From: the human T2T-CHM13v2.0 reference genome, Homo sapiens
Reading direction: 5' to 3' (one strand)
NCBI RefSeq assembly: GCF_009914755.1
Contig: NC_060925.1
Length of the DNA: 64,000 bases
The translations under genes and the position numbers were made by a program. The notes below the pieces were generated by a model. It saw nothing but the letters and a program-made list of their open reading frames with translations, made no database searches and was not told the DNA's origin. Position 1 is the first letter of the stretch. Every line of letters starts with the position of its first letter. Below are positions 1 through 12,783 of the stretch, piece by piece.

Positions 1-1500
<1,500 letters not shown>

Positions 1501-1509
1501 AATATGTGT

Positions 1510-2182
1510 TCATTTTTATAAGAAATAGACAAACTGTTTTCCTGAGCGATCATATATTGTACCTTCACATACTCAGTGTATGTGAGTTCCAGTTGTTTCG
1601 CAACCTTGCCAGCCTTTGAGATAATGTGTTTTTTTTCCATTAAATTATCCATTCTAATATGTGTGTGATGGTATTGCATTCCCTAGTGACTAATGCTGCT
1701 TAGCATCTTCTTTGTACTTATTTACCATCTATGTACCTCCTTTGGTGAACACTGTCTAAATTTTGCCCACTTTCCATTGAGTTGTTTCTTCCATTACGGA
1801 ATTTTGAGACTACATGATATATTGTGGCTACAAGCCCTTCACTGAGTAAATATTTTGCAAATATTTTTCTTGCATCTGTAGCTTTACTTTTCTCTCTAAT
1901 AGTCTCTTTTCATGAGCAAAAGTATGTAATTTTGATGTTATCACATTTTTCATTTATAGATTACGCTCTTTGTGTCATCTAAAATTTCCTTGCCTAAACC
2001 AAGGCCATATACAGTTCTAGAAGTTAACATTTTACACTTAGTTATATGAGTTAATTTTTGTATGAGGTATGAGGAATATGTAGAGGGTTATTATTTTGCA
2101 TTTGGATGCGTTACTGTTCCAGTATCACTTGTTTAAAAGACTATGTTTTCTTTATTGAATTGCCTTTGCTCCTTTTTTAAAT
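1510..2182 (-). mobile_element. Ancient L1M fragment, split by the ERV insertion (continues after 12783)
   Basis: Degenerate antisense L1 ORF2 sequence (gttccagtatcacttgtttaaaagact...attgaattgcctttgctcc) that resumes colinearly after the 3' LTR. Confidence 0.7.
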
Positions 2183-2755
2183 TGAAAACATCCTCAAAAA
2201 ATTTTTAAAAACAGTTAAGGAGGAAAAAGTAAAATTCAACTAGGCTTGTAGGACAATCAATGGTAATCATTAGGCTAGCTTTCCATTGACCCACTTCCTT
2301 ATAGCTGGTCACTGATTACTAGTCCAGGATAACATAATCTTTGTCACTAGAATCTTTGTTCTTTTTCTGTTCTTTAGTTAAAATTTAAGACAATATGAGA
2401 TGACAAACTTTCCATTTGAGTTTCTCCTTTAGGTTCTGCATACTAACAAAACTACTGATGCCAGCCATTCTGAAAGGCTTGACAAGAAACTCAACTTAGG
2501 GAAGAATGTACTTTCCATATCCTGATGATTTCAGCCCCCTTACCCGAATCAATTGATGACCTCAATTTTCCAGCCACTCCCCCTTCAAAGATTCTTGCCC
2601 AGAAAGCTTCAGTGAAATGGGTTTGAGTCTTGAGAATTCTTCTCATGTCCTTGTTTGGTGACCTTGCAATTGGTAAACTCTCTGTTGCAAACTCCACTGT
2701 CTTGGTATATTCTGTTGCTGCACAGCAGGCATACAAACCTTACAATCTTATAAAA
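2183..2755 (+). repeat. ERV 5' LTR
   Basis: Aligns by eye with 11934-12779 (aaaattcaacta, agctttccatt, agctggtca.tgattacta, gagtttctcctttaggttctgcata); followed by the PBS remnant. Confidence 0.88.
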
Positions 2756-2768
2756 ATTCATGGCAAGC

Positions 2769-3112
<344 letters not shown>

Positions 3113-3294
3113 TTACCTACAGTCCAGTGCCCCCATGCCACTGGGGCTGACCCAGAGAGAAGCTCAAGAAGCTGCTTAGTTATGATGAACTAAGGGCCTT
3201 AGCTGGGGCCTTCTGTGTTGGCAGGGCAGTGCTGACTTTCAGCACACAACCTTGTCTGCAGCAGAGAAACCATTTCTGGTCTCAGAAGAAGTCT

Positions 3295-3303
3295 CAGGTG
3301 AGT
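3295..3303 (+). promoter_or_regulatory. Consensus 5' splice site CAG|GTGAGT, probably the proviral major splice donor
   Basis: Near-perfect U1 match located between the PBS and gag. Confidence 0.55.
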
Positions 3304-3716
3304 TTTCTCAGAGCAGCTGGCACCCCATTTCCTTCTGTGTGTGTGTGCCTGTTTTCGTCTTAGAGGTCTTGTGGCCTCTTTGAGGTCTTGTTGACACTCC
3401 CTAAGTCTAGGTAGGAACTTATTTGAGGAGATCTCCCTTCAGATGGAAAAAGACTAGAGGGCATTGCTTGGGAGAAATGGTCTTGGATTTTGGAATCTGA
3501 AACTTTATATGGAAAGGTCTTTTGTTTGTCTTTGTCTTGTTATATGTATTTATGTTTGTGGAGGGGATCCCTGAAGAAATTACTAGTGGAAGAAATTACT
3601 AACTCAGGGAACTCTTCTTGTTTGGTCAGTCACATTCAGTTAGTCCTGAAGGAGTTGCTAGTGGAATCTCAGCAAGCCTAACTCAGGGTAATCATCTGCT
3701 CTTCAATCTTTCCCAG

Positions 3717-3730
3717 GCTTTACCCTCTGA
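3717..3730 (+). CDS. CFH: FHL-1-specific terminal exon, coding part: (A)GC TTT ACC CTC TGA = Ser-Phe-Thr-Leu-stop
   Basis: Acceptor ctgctcttcaatctttcccag|G; phase 1 like all CFH SCR exons; gives the known FHL-1 C-terminus SFTL; lies in the intron before the SCR8 exon. Confidence 0.93.
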
Positions 3731-3970
3731 ACTTCTGATCGAAGGTCATCCCTCTCCAGCTTGAGTGGATCAAAGATGACAAGGGCCAATGGAACCAAGT
3801 TTGAGTCTTGCCAGGTCAATACTTGGGTCCTGAGTATGGTGACTAGTATCTGTTTTGTTATGTGTGTATTATTCCAGCCAGAATGGGAAATGCTAATTCA
3901 GCTCCTCCAGGCAGCCCAATGGGGCTGGTGGCTTTGAGATTATTAAACTCTTTCTCTGCTGCAAACCCCA
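3731..3970 (+). other. CFH: FHL-1 3' UTR (end approximate)
   Basis: Runs from the TGA to shortly after ATTAAA at 3942-3947; GT-rich element downstream (gtgtattgttctgttgctgtg). Confidence 0.75.
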
Positions 3971-5838
3971 CTGTCTCAGTGTATTGTTCTGTTGCTGTGC
4001 AGCAGGCATACAAATCTGACAATCTTGTAACTATTTGTGGCAAGCCAGGTCGAGGTCACTCTCTTTGAGGGCATTTACTCACTGCCTAGTGCCCCCTTTC
4101 CACTGGGGCAGACCCAGAGACAAACCCTAGCAGCTTACTTAGCTCTCATGAACTAAGGGCTGTCCCTTAGTTCTCCCAAAGTAACCCACAATGCAACCCT
4201 GATGGGCTGCATCTTCCAAAATTGAAAGGCCTTTGTCTATCATTCCATGAAACAAAAAAAGATTATCTTACTTTTTAACATGGCTTAACCTTAATACCCA
4301 CTGGATTTCGGAGAACAGTGGCCACTGCATGGTTCTCATGCTTACAGTACGATCCTGTAGCTAGATTTGTTTTGTAAGAAGGAAGAAGAATGAGATGAAA
4401 TACCCTATGTATAATGTTTTATGTTGCTTTGGAAAAGTACAACAATGTAGAAAAAGGTAAAATCATGATAAAGTAAGAAATTAAAAACTGTTTGGACTGA
4501 TTTACAAGAAAAAGATGATGCTATGATGGTTCAGTTAAAGGAACCTATGACTCACCCCCCTCCACTTTATGGGGGAGCTGCAGCAGCACTACTGGCGCCT
4601 CTCCAGAGTCCCCACCACCAAAAAGTCACAAATCCGGGGCAACAGGTATGATCTCTACTTCTTATAACCCAACAGGGGACTCCATTTAGGCAGGGTGTCA
4701 CTTCTTATACCCAACAGGGAACTCCATTTAGCCGGGGAGTCACTCTGGTTCTGAGAGGCAGTTTCCCCATAACAACTGCTTACAGGAGGTGTTGCTGCCA
4801 CAGGCCAGCCTATAGGATTTATCTTGGTTTATTCTCTGTTCTCCACTTCCAACCTACTTAATTAGAAAAATAATATGCCTATTTATTGAGAAGATCTAAA
4901 GTTTATGGAAGGAACAGGATTGAAAAAAAAAAAAATCCAAAGCATATGAAGAATCTATTCTCCTCTGTATTTGCCACACAGAACCCTACCTGAGCAGGCA
5001 CCCCCAATTTGCTCAATATTTTGTTGACTTCAGAGAAACAAAGAATGGTTTTAGAAAAAGCTAAGGAAAAGGCTGATCTTATTCACACTGACTCTCCCAG
5101 TAATCCAGTAAGGGCAGCTGCTCAGATTGCAGTTCCCACCTCTGACCTGGGATGGAATATAAACACTGGAGATAGATCTAACCTTGAACACTATCAAAAC
5201 TGCATTTTGATCAGCCTCTGCAAGGGAGTGCCCAAGCAAAGGAGCCTCAATAAGGTCCAGGATGGTCAAGCAGAAGCCTAATGAGGGTTGCTTTGGAATT
5301 CTTAGAACAAGTCTTTGAAGCTTTCAGAGAATAAATGGATATTGACCCAGAAGCCCCAGAAAATTTGATGATAGCTAACATGATGTTTATCCAACAAAGT
5401 GCCCCAGATATTCAGAGAAAGTTACAAAACGTAGCTGAGGCATTGGACATGTTTTTGTCTCAATTAGTGAAGATTGTTTTTAATGTATTTACTGATCACA
5501 AGTTTAAAGAGTGGAAAATAAAACACAAGGAATAATGAAAATGGCAAGCTGACTTGTTATCTGTGGCTCTGACCCTAGTAGTCCCTGGACCACAACAAGG
5601 GCCGTCATCAGACACTCCATCTATGGTAGAACCACCTGGGCCCCCAAAAGCCAATAAAAACGGACATCCCATTGCAGGTCCCAACCAGTGTGCTTACTGC
5701 AACAGGGGGGACACTGAATGGAAAATTTCTCATGCCTTACAAAGCCTGATGTTAAACAGTCAGCCTTCTGCCCACCAAATGCCTGGGATAGCTGGGGAGC
5801 TTGAGAGAGATACTAAAGAAAAAGACCAGAAATGGTAG
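3883..5838 (+). pseudogene. ERV gag remnant (MA, CA, NC), with many stops and frameshifts
   Basis: MGNANSAPPGSPMG start; LMGCIFQN..YPLDFGEQWPLHGS (about 4200-4335); QSAPDIQRKLQ; zinc-knuckle remnant NQCAYC. Confidence 0.85.
3942..3947 (+). terminator. Poly(A) signal ATTAAA of FHL-1, within an ectopic LTR R/U5 copy
   Basis: First canonical-type hexamer after the stop; homologous to ATTAAA in the 3' LTR (12689-12694). Confidence 0.75.
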
Positions 5839-6097
5839 CACCCAGGGGCTTCTCCTGACCCAGACAACACCCTCCATATTTCCCACATGGGGCTTGAGAT
5901 CCTGATGATGGTGAGAAATCAGCTTCTGGACTTTCTAGTAGACATGGTGCCATCTATTTGGTGTTAAATATCTGGTGGTCTAAACTTTCCTCAGAAATAA
6001 TGAAGGTGACTGAAATCTCAGAAAAAATGCTGATGAGATCATTCCTCCAAATTTTGGATTGTCAGCTAGAGTAAGATCATTTAAAGCACAGTTTTTT

Positions 6098-6400
6098 GCT
6101 GGGCGCGGTGGCTCACTCCTGTAATGCCAGCACCTTGGGAGGCTGAGATGGGCAGATCACAAGGTCAGGAGATCGAGACCATCCTGGCTAACACAGTGAA
6201 ACCCCGTCTCTGCTAAAAATACAAAAAATTAGTCGGGCATGGTGGTGGGCACCTGTAGTCCCAGCTACTCGGGAGGCTGAGGCAGAAGAACGGCGTGAAT
6301 CGGGGAGGCAGAGCTTGCAAGTGAGCCAAGATCATGCCACTGCACTCCAGCCTGGGGGACAGAGCAAGACTCTGTCAAAAAAAAAAAAAAAAAAAAAAAA
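6098..6400 (+). mobile_element. Alu (AluSc/Y-like)
   Basis: Full dimer with long poly(A) tail. Confidence 0.95.
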
Positions 6401-6461
6401 AGACAGAGTTTTTCTATACATCCTTGAATGTCCTATCCCTTTGTTGGGGAAAGTCTTCCTT

Positions 6462-6797
6462 TTTTGTTGTTGTTTTGTTTTGTTTTGTTTTGAGACAGAG
6501 TCTTGCCCTATCGCCCAGGCTGGACTGTGGTGGCACGATTGTGGCTCACTGCAACCTCTGGCTCACTGAAACCTCCACCTCACGAGCTAAAGCAATTTTC
6601 CTGTCTCAGCCTCCCGAGTAGCTGGGATTACAGGCGTGTGCCACCACAGCCAGCTAATTTTTATATTTTTAGTAGAGACAGGGTTTCACCATGTTGGCCT
6701 GGCTCGTCTTAAACTCCTGACATGAGGTAATCTGCCCTCCTTGGCCTCCCAAAGTGCTGGGAGCTGGGATTACAGGTGTGAGCCACTGCTCCCGTCC
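6462..6797 (-). mobile_element. Alu, antisense
   Basis: (TTTTG)n tail then tgagacagagtcttgc...gggattacaggtgtgagccactg. Confidence 0.95.
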
Positions 6798-9700
6798 TGT
6801 TAGGGCAGTACTCTTAACCAAACTAAATGCTAAGATTACTTTTTCTCTGAGATGATTGGACATCCAGGTGCCTTCAGACCAAGCATGTGCTCTGCAGGCC
6901 ATATTATTACAACTGGAGATCCTTGAAAGTGCCTGCACCCCTGAAGAGATACTCCAAAAGGTTAGTCCGGAAACATGGGCAGATGGGAGGCCAGGGAAAA
7001 CAAAAACTGCATCTCCAGTACAAGTCAAGTTTTGTGCAGGAGTGGCGCTGCCAAATCTAAAGCAGCGTCCTTTGAGAGAAAAGGCACAGCAATGCATTTA
7101 GCCTCTGCTAATGGCCTTCCTGCAATACAGGAAGAATTCCTTGTTTCTCATGTAACATACCTGTCTTGCCAGGACAAAAACATGGAACTGAGGATTATTG
7201 GTTTGTACAGGATTTGAGGGCTACTAGGCAAATTTTCAAAGCCATTTATCTGGTGATACCTGATGCTTATACATTATTCATGACTTTAACCAGTGAGTTG
7301 TACTGGTGTTCAGTCTTGAATCTGAAGGATGCCTTCATCTGTATTCCCCTGAGTCCAGAGTCCCATGAAGTGTTTGCCTTTGAATAGGAAGACTCTGACA
7401 CTAAAGCTAAATGATAGTATTGCTGGATGATGCTCCATCAAGGCTTCAAAAACTCACTAACCGTCCGGGGGAAATACATGCTAAGGAGTTTTGGGACCTC
7501 CAATTGAAAAATGAGACTTTGCTTATATATGTTGATGGCATATTAGAAGCCAGCACAACTATGGCAAATTGACCAGAATATTATACTGGCTTTACATTTT
7601 TTTTTTTGTCTGGATGGGGATCCAAAGTATCCAAGAAAAAAATCACAAATATTGAAAAACTCAATTATATATTTTAGGTTTGAATTTTCTCAGGAGCAGA
7701 GTAATCTGCTTTCGGACTGGAGAGAAGCTCTTGTCAGGGTGGCCAGACTCAGGACATGGCAGCAGCTGTGAGGGGTTTTTAGGTATGGCTGAATGTTGCC
7801 ATATTTCATTTTCTTATTTTGGGCTTATAGCAAAATGTCTCTATGAAGCCCTAAGACCAGACACTTGACTTCTAGAATGGACAAGGAATGTCAAAAGGCC
7901 TTTCTAACCATTAAGTAAAAATTACTAATGGATCTGGCTACTGAGACCCCCTGAACTAAGAAAGCCATTTGATTTGTTCAAACATGAGAGAGAAGGGATG
8001 GGTTTAGGAGTAGTAACCCAAGACTTGGGGAATATCATGAGGCCTGTAGCCTACTTTTCAAAACAGCTGGACATTGTTATGATGGGTTGGACTTCTTATC
8101 TCTGAGCCACTGGCACCACTTGTGATCTTCTCCAGGAGGCAGAAGAGTTCACTTTGGGTTAACCTAGCACTGTACACACCCCACACTGTGTATGCTATTT
8201 GTTGGAACAGAAGTGGAGCTACTGACTTACCTCTAGAAGACTGAATAGGTATCAGGTCATCCTCCTGGATAATCCTAGTGTTACTTTGAGAGCTGTTTCT
8301 GCTTTAAATCCTGCTAAATAAACCTATACATGATTGCATATAAATTACTGAGCAAGTGTGTTCTATTCAACCAGACATGACCAAAATTCCCTTTAAAAAC
8401 CTGGACTTAAAAATATTCACTGAGGAAAGCAGCTTTATGCACCACCGACAACAGAAGGCTGAGTATGCTATTGTAACCCTGTGACAGATCCTAGATGCAG
8501 AGACACTCCCTCTGGGTTCATCGGCACAGAAGGCAGAACTTAGAGTCCTAATCAGGGCATCCCAACTAGGTAAAGACTCCTGAGTCACCGATTACTCTGA
8601 TTCCAGGTATGTTTTTATTGTTATCCATGCTCATGGGGCCGTTTGGAAAGAAAGCGGGCTCTTAACCTTTGATGATTAAAAAAGAAAAACAATTAAGCAT
8701 GCTAAAGAAATCTTAGCCTGACTAAAGGCAGTCTTGGTACCCAAGAAAGTAGCTATAATACACTACCATGGACATCAGTGGATGGACAATTTGGTAGCAA
8801 GAAAAAAAAAATCACTAGGCAGAGCAGGCCACTAAAGGGGTGAACAGAGAAAAAAATGCCCAAAGCCTTCCTAATGCCATTAATCCCTGAAATAAACTTC
8901 AGCCTAAAATCCCTACCTAATGGAAGAAGATGTAAAGAGAGAATTCAATTGAGACTTTGACTCCAATCAAAGAACTCAAAATGAGTGGATATGTGACACG
9001 GAAGAAAAGGTTCTGGTGCCCAAGTATCTTGTGACAGATATCATCAAACACATACATGATACCACACAGTATGGCAGGCATGCCACCCTTCAATTGATCC
9101 AGGACTATGTCTTTGGGACACACTTAAAGAAGACTATCCAAAAAATAATTTAAAAATACCTACTTGGTGCCCAGAACAATCTTAAGACTGGTCCTCCACC
9201 CCCAGTACCAAGGATTCAAGCAAGAGGTGCAGGGCTATTAGAGGACTGGCAAATTGATTTTACCGTGATGCCAAGGGTAGCAGGAAATTTTAAATACTTG
9301 CTTGTATTTTTAGATACATTTTCAAGATAAACAAAATCATTCCGCTGCAAGACCAAGAGAATGTCTGAGGTTATGAGAGCCTTGGTAGAGAAGATTACCC
9401 TCAGGTTTAGGTGGCCTGTCTCCATCCAGTGTGACCATAGTGCAATTTCTGTAGCCTAGGACACCATATATTCCAGGCCCTCAGCATAATCTGGAATCTT
9501 CATACAGCCTGCAGACTGAAGTCTACTGAAAAAACTCAAAAGATAAATCATACTATATAAAACAAAACAAATTTTAGCTAAGATTTGCCAAGAAACTAAC
9601 AACCTGGAATAACATTCTGTCCATTGCCCTGCTCAGAGTAAGGGTGGTCCCTAAAAGTGGGCTTAAATTAAGCCCTTTAAAAATTTTACATGGGAGATCA

Positions 9701-10449
9701 TTCTTCCGTTACCTTCTCAGACTAAGGAATGCCAATAACATACACATAAATAAATTAGATATTATCAAATATACACAATCTTTAGGTTGTACTTTAACTA
9801 CTATTCACGAGTTTGTGGTTCCAGCAGATTGTGGTATCCAACTGACATTCTCTTTCATCCCATCCAACCCAGAGACTGGGTTCTGCTCAAGACCAGGAAA
9901 AGTCGACATCCTGGGGACCACTTAAAACACAGTGAAAGAGGCCATGCAAAGCATGACTGGTGACCCATTCCTCTGTTCATCTTGAAGGACTTAGACCCTG
10001 GATTCACCACAGCCATATAAAACCCGCCCCGCCAGATTCTTGTCCTATCAAGAAATGTAGAGAGGCCACTTCAACTTCAGAGACTGTCTCAACCCTATCT
10101 GAATGGATAAGTAAATCTTTGATGGGCCTCAAATATCTTTTGAGGAAAAATATCAGATAAGTAACTTTAATGAAATTAGACAAAACATATGTCTTCTTGA
10201 CTACTACAATAGTTACTTTGAGCATAACAGGAATGTTTGTTATTATAATTATTTTATATAAAAAGGTGAGATACCTTCCTGTCTATTCCCTGCCTTACTG
10301 AATGCTTAAGCCATATATTTACTTGGTCATTATAATTGCCTAGATAATTACAATTGCTACCCTTATAGACATTACTTCATAATTGCCTTGGTCAATACAA
10401 TTGTTAGACTTATAGATTTTCTAGACATTATATGCCATGCTAACATAGT

Positions 10450-11760
10450 CTCATGCCACTCATTATGTGGACATTCTAAAATTTAGAAATGGTCACTCTT
10501 GTTTTAAAACTTCTAATTATACCTCTCCTGTTACTACAGTGCCTAGACAGGCATAGCAACACTGTAGTTCAACTGTTTCAAGGTATTGCCACTGGAAGAA
10601 ACTTACCAGAATGATGGATCTGTCAGTAACTCCCCCAAACTATTCAAAATAAGCATTTTCTGTTAGTCATACTTGTCACTGACTTTCTGGATGTTCCAAA
10701 TATGACTACCTATCTGCACCAGCTTCTTTCCATGGCTACTTTCCAGGTCCAAGTAATAGTACACCAAGAAATCACCACCCCATGTGTCAATCTCTCTCTG
10801 CCTATCATAAATGGAAAGTCATTCCATTACATAGGCCCTCCATGGCCCATGGCATACTGGGCAGACAAACGCAGCTAGGAGAAGGGAAATAAAACTAAAA
10901 GTTTCTCCTTACTATGCCAAAAATATTTACAGTGGGGAATATCACACAAATTCTGGGGAGCCTGTAAAAAAAGATCCCTAGTTCAATTCCATTTGTCTAT
11001 ATTCCCCATGAAAAAAATCCATCAATAAATGCACCCTTGAGGGCTTTACCTGTGTGCCCCCTTGGTACATGTTTATTTGTGGCATAGGATCAGACCCTCC
11101 TCTGTTAGGACAAGCCCACTGGTGTCTCAATAACCTGTATATTAAGGGCTCTCACTTACTGAGATACTTCTCAGTCCATCCTAATGACAAAATATTCTGC
11201 CCATTTTCCCACAGACTCCAAAAGGGACTGCCAGGCATATATCAATATATCTGGTGGCAGAGCCTTCTAGGCATCACGAGTCCTAGCTATGGAGTATACA
11301 CTCACTGGGACATGATCAGAAACTTATTGGCAACCACAGAAATAATTGCAAAAGAGGCTGCTAAGAACATTGAGGCTGAGAAAACTCTTCAAATTTACTT
11401 GCCCAGATAGTTCTTGACAACGGAACTACACTTGATTTTCTCTTGGCTTTACAGAGAGGAGTCTGTACAGTGATCAATACCACCTGTTGTACTTATATCA
11501 ATGCTTCTGGTAAAATAAAAACCAAACTAAAGAAAATATTTCAGCAGTCTCGCTGGAGACCATATGTCTCTACCACAGACCCTATGTCTGAATAGTTTTT
11601 TGAGCTTTCCGCCTGCATACTCCATGTTTTCCAGTCCATTTTTCAAGGACTCTTGAAGTTCAAGCTCACAATTCTGTTTATAGGGATTATAATTTACATC
11701 ATTCAATTAAATATTACAATAAAACCATAGACTGAAGTACTAACATGTTCATCCAGCACC
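10450..11760 (+). pseudogene. ERV env remnant (gamma-type); boundaries approximate
   Basis: Decayed CWIC motif (tgatggatctgt near 10612); TM immunosuppressive-like domain and CX6CC: AQIVLDNGTTLDFLLALQRGVCTVINTTCCTYINASG from 11401. Confidence 0.85.
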
Positions 11761-11933
11761 CTAAGCTGGGTATAACAGCTTGCAGGTTGTTACAAGACGG
11801 TTTCATTCCTCTAATCCTGACTCTCTCTCTGTGCCCCGTGTCAGCAAAAAGAAGCTAGAATGGCCATTGCCCAATTCATACCATATTAGCTTTTACACCT
11901 CAGAATTGAGAAGGGATCAAGCCCGGAAGGAAC

Positions 11934-12779
11934 TGAAACTGTCCCTAGGAAAGTTATATAAAATTGATTAAGGGGGAAAAATTCAACTATGATTTCAGGA
12001 AAATCAGCAGTAATCACTAAATCAGCTTTCCATTTGTCCAACTTCTCTGTAGCTGGTCATTGATTACTACCCTAGGATAAAGAAGCCCTTGTCACAAGAC
12101 ATTTTGGTCCTTTTCCTTTCTATAGATAAAATCTAAGACATTGTGAGATGATAATCTTTCTGCATGAGTTTCTCCTTTAGGTTCTGCATATGAAAAAAAA
12201 ACCTAGCAACATACTGGTCAACAAGGCAAAACCTCATTTTCACAAAAAATTAAAAAATTAGCCGGGCATTATGGCACAGGTCTGTAGTACCAGCTGCTCA
12301 GGAGATCTGAGGTGGGAGGACCACTTGAGCCTGGGAGGCAGAAGTTGCAGTGAGCTGTGATCACGCTACTGAAATCCAGATGGGCAACAGAGCAAGATCA
12401 TCTTGCTCAAAAACAAAACACACACACACACACAAACATACACACACAGACACACAAAGACACAAACATCAGCTGGTCTAAAGAGCCCAGCAAAAAGCTG
12501 ACTCAGGAAATAATGCAGGTTCCACATCCTGGTGACTTCATCCCCCTTACCCTGACCAATTGACAACCCAAATTTTCTAGCCCGTCACCCTCCATGATCC
12601 CCTTAAGGTCTCTTGCACATAGCCCCTTCTCAGAACAGATCTGGGGCTTGAGAATCCTCCCAATTCCTTGTTTGGTGCCCTTGTGTTGATTAAAGCCTTT
12701 CTTTGCTGCAAACCCTACTGTCTCCGCGTATTGGTCTATTGCTAAACAGTGGGCATGTGAACCTGATAGTCTTATAACA
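11934..12779 (+). repeat. ERV 3' LTR containing a truncated Alu and (CA)n
   Basis: Starts TGAAAC after a purine-rich tract, ends ...ttataaCA; ATTAAA at 12689-12694. Confidence 0.88.
12205..12465 (+). mobile_element. 5'-truncated old Alu (AluJ/FRAM-like) with CA-repeat tail
   Basis: aaaaattagccgggcatt...gaggtgggaggaccacttgagcctgggagg...; absent from the 5' LTR. Confidence 0.85.
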
Positions 12780-12783
12780 AAAT

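Larger units (their letters stand above)
5840..10035 (+). pseudogene. ERV pro-pol remnant (PR, RT, RNase H, IN), interrupted by two Alus
   Basis: FLVD protease motif near 5930; FVQDLRA and LKDAFICIPLSPESHEVFAFE; LIYVDG (decayed YVDD); SAQKAEL; EDWQIDFTVMP..KYLLVFLDTFS; PWIHHSHIKPA. Confidence 0.88.

Noticed and set aside
3883-11760. A functional retroviral gag, pol or env protein
   Set aside because: Numerous stops, frameshifts and Alu insertions, and a mutated RT catalytic motif.
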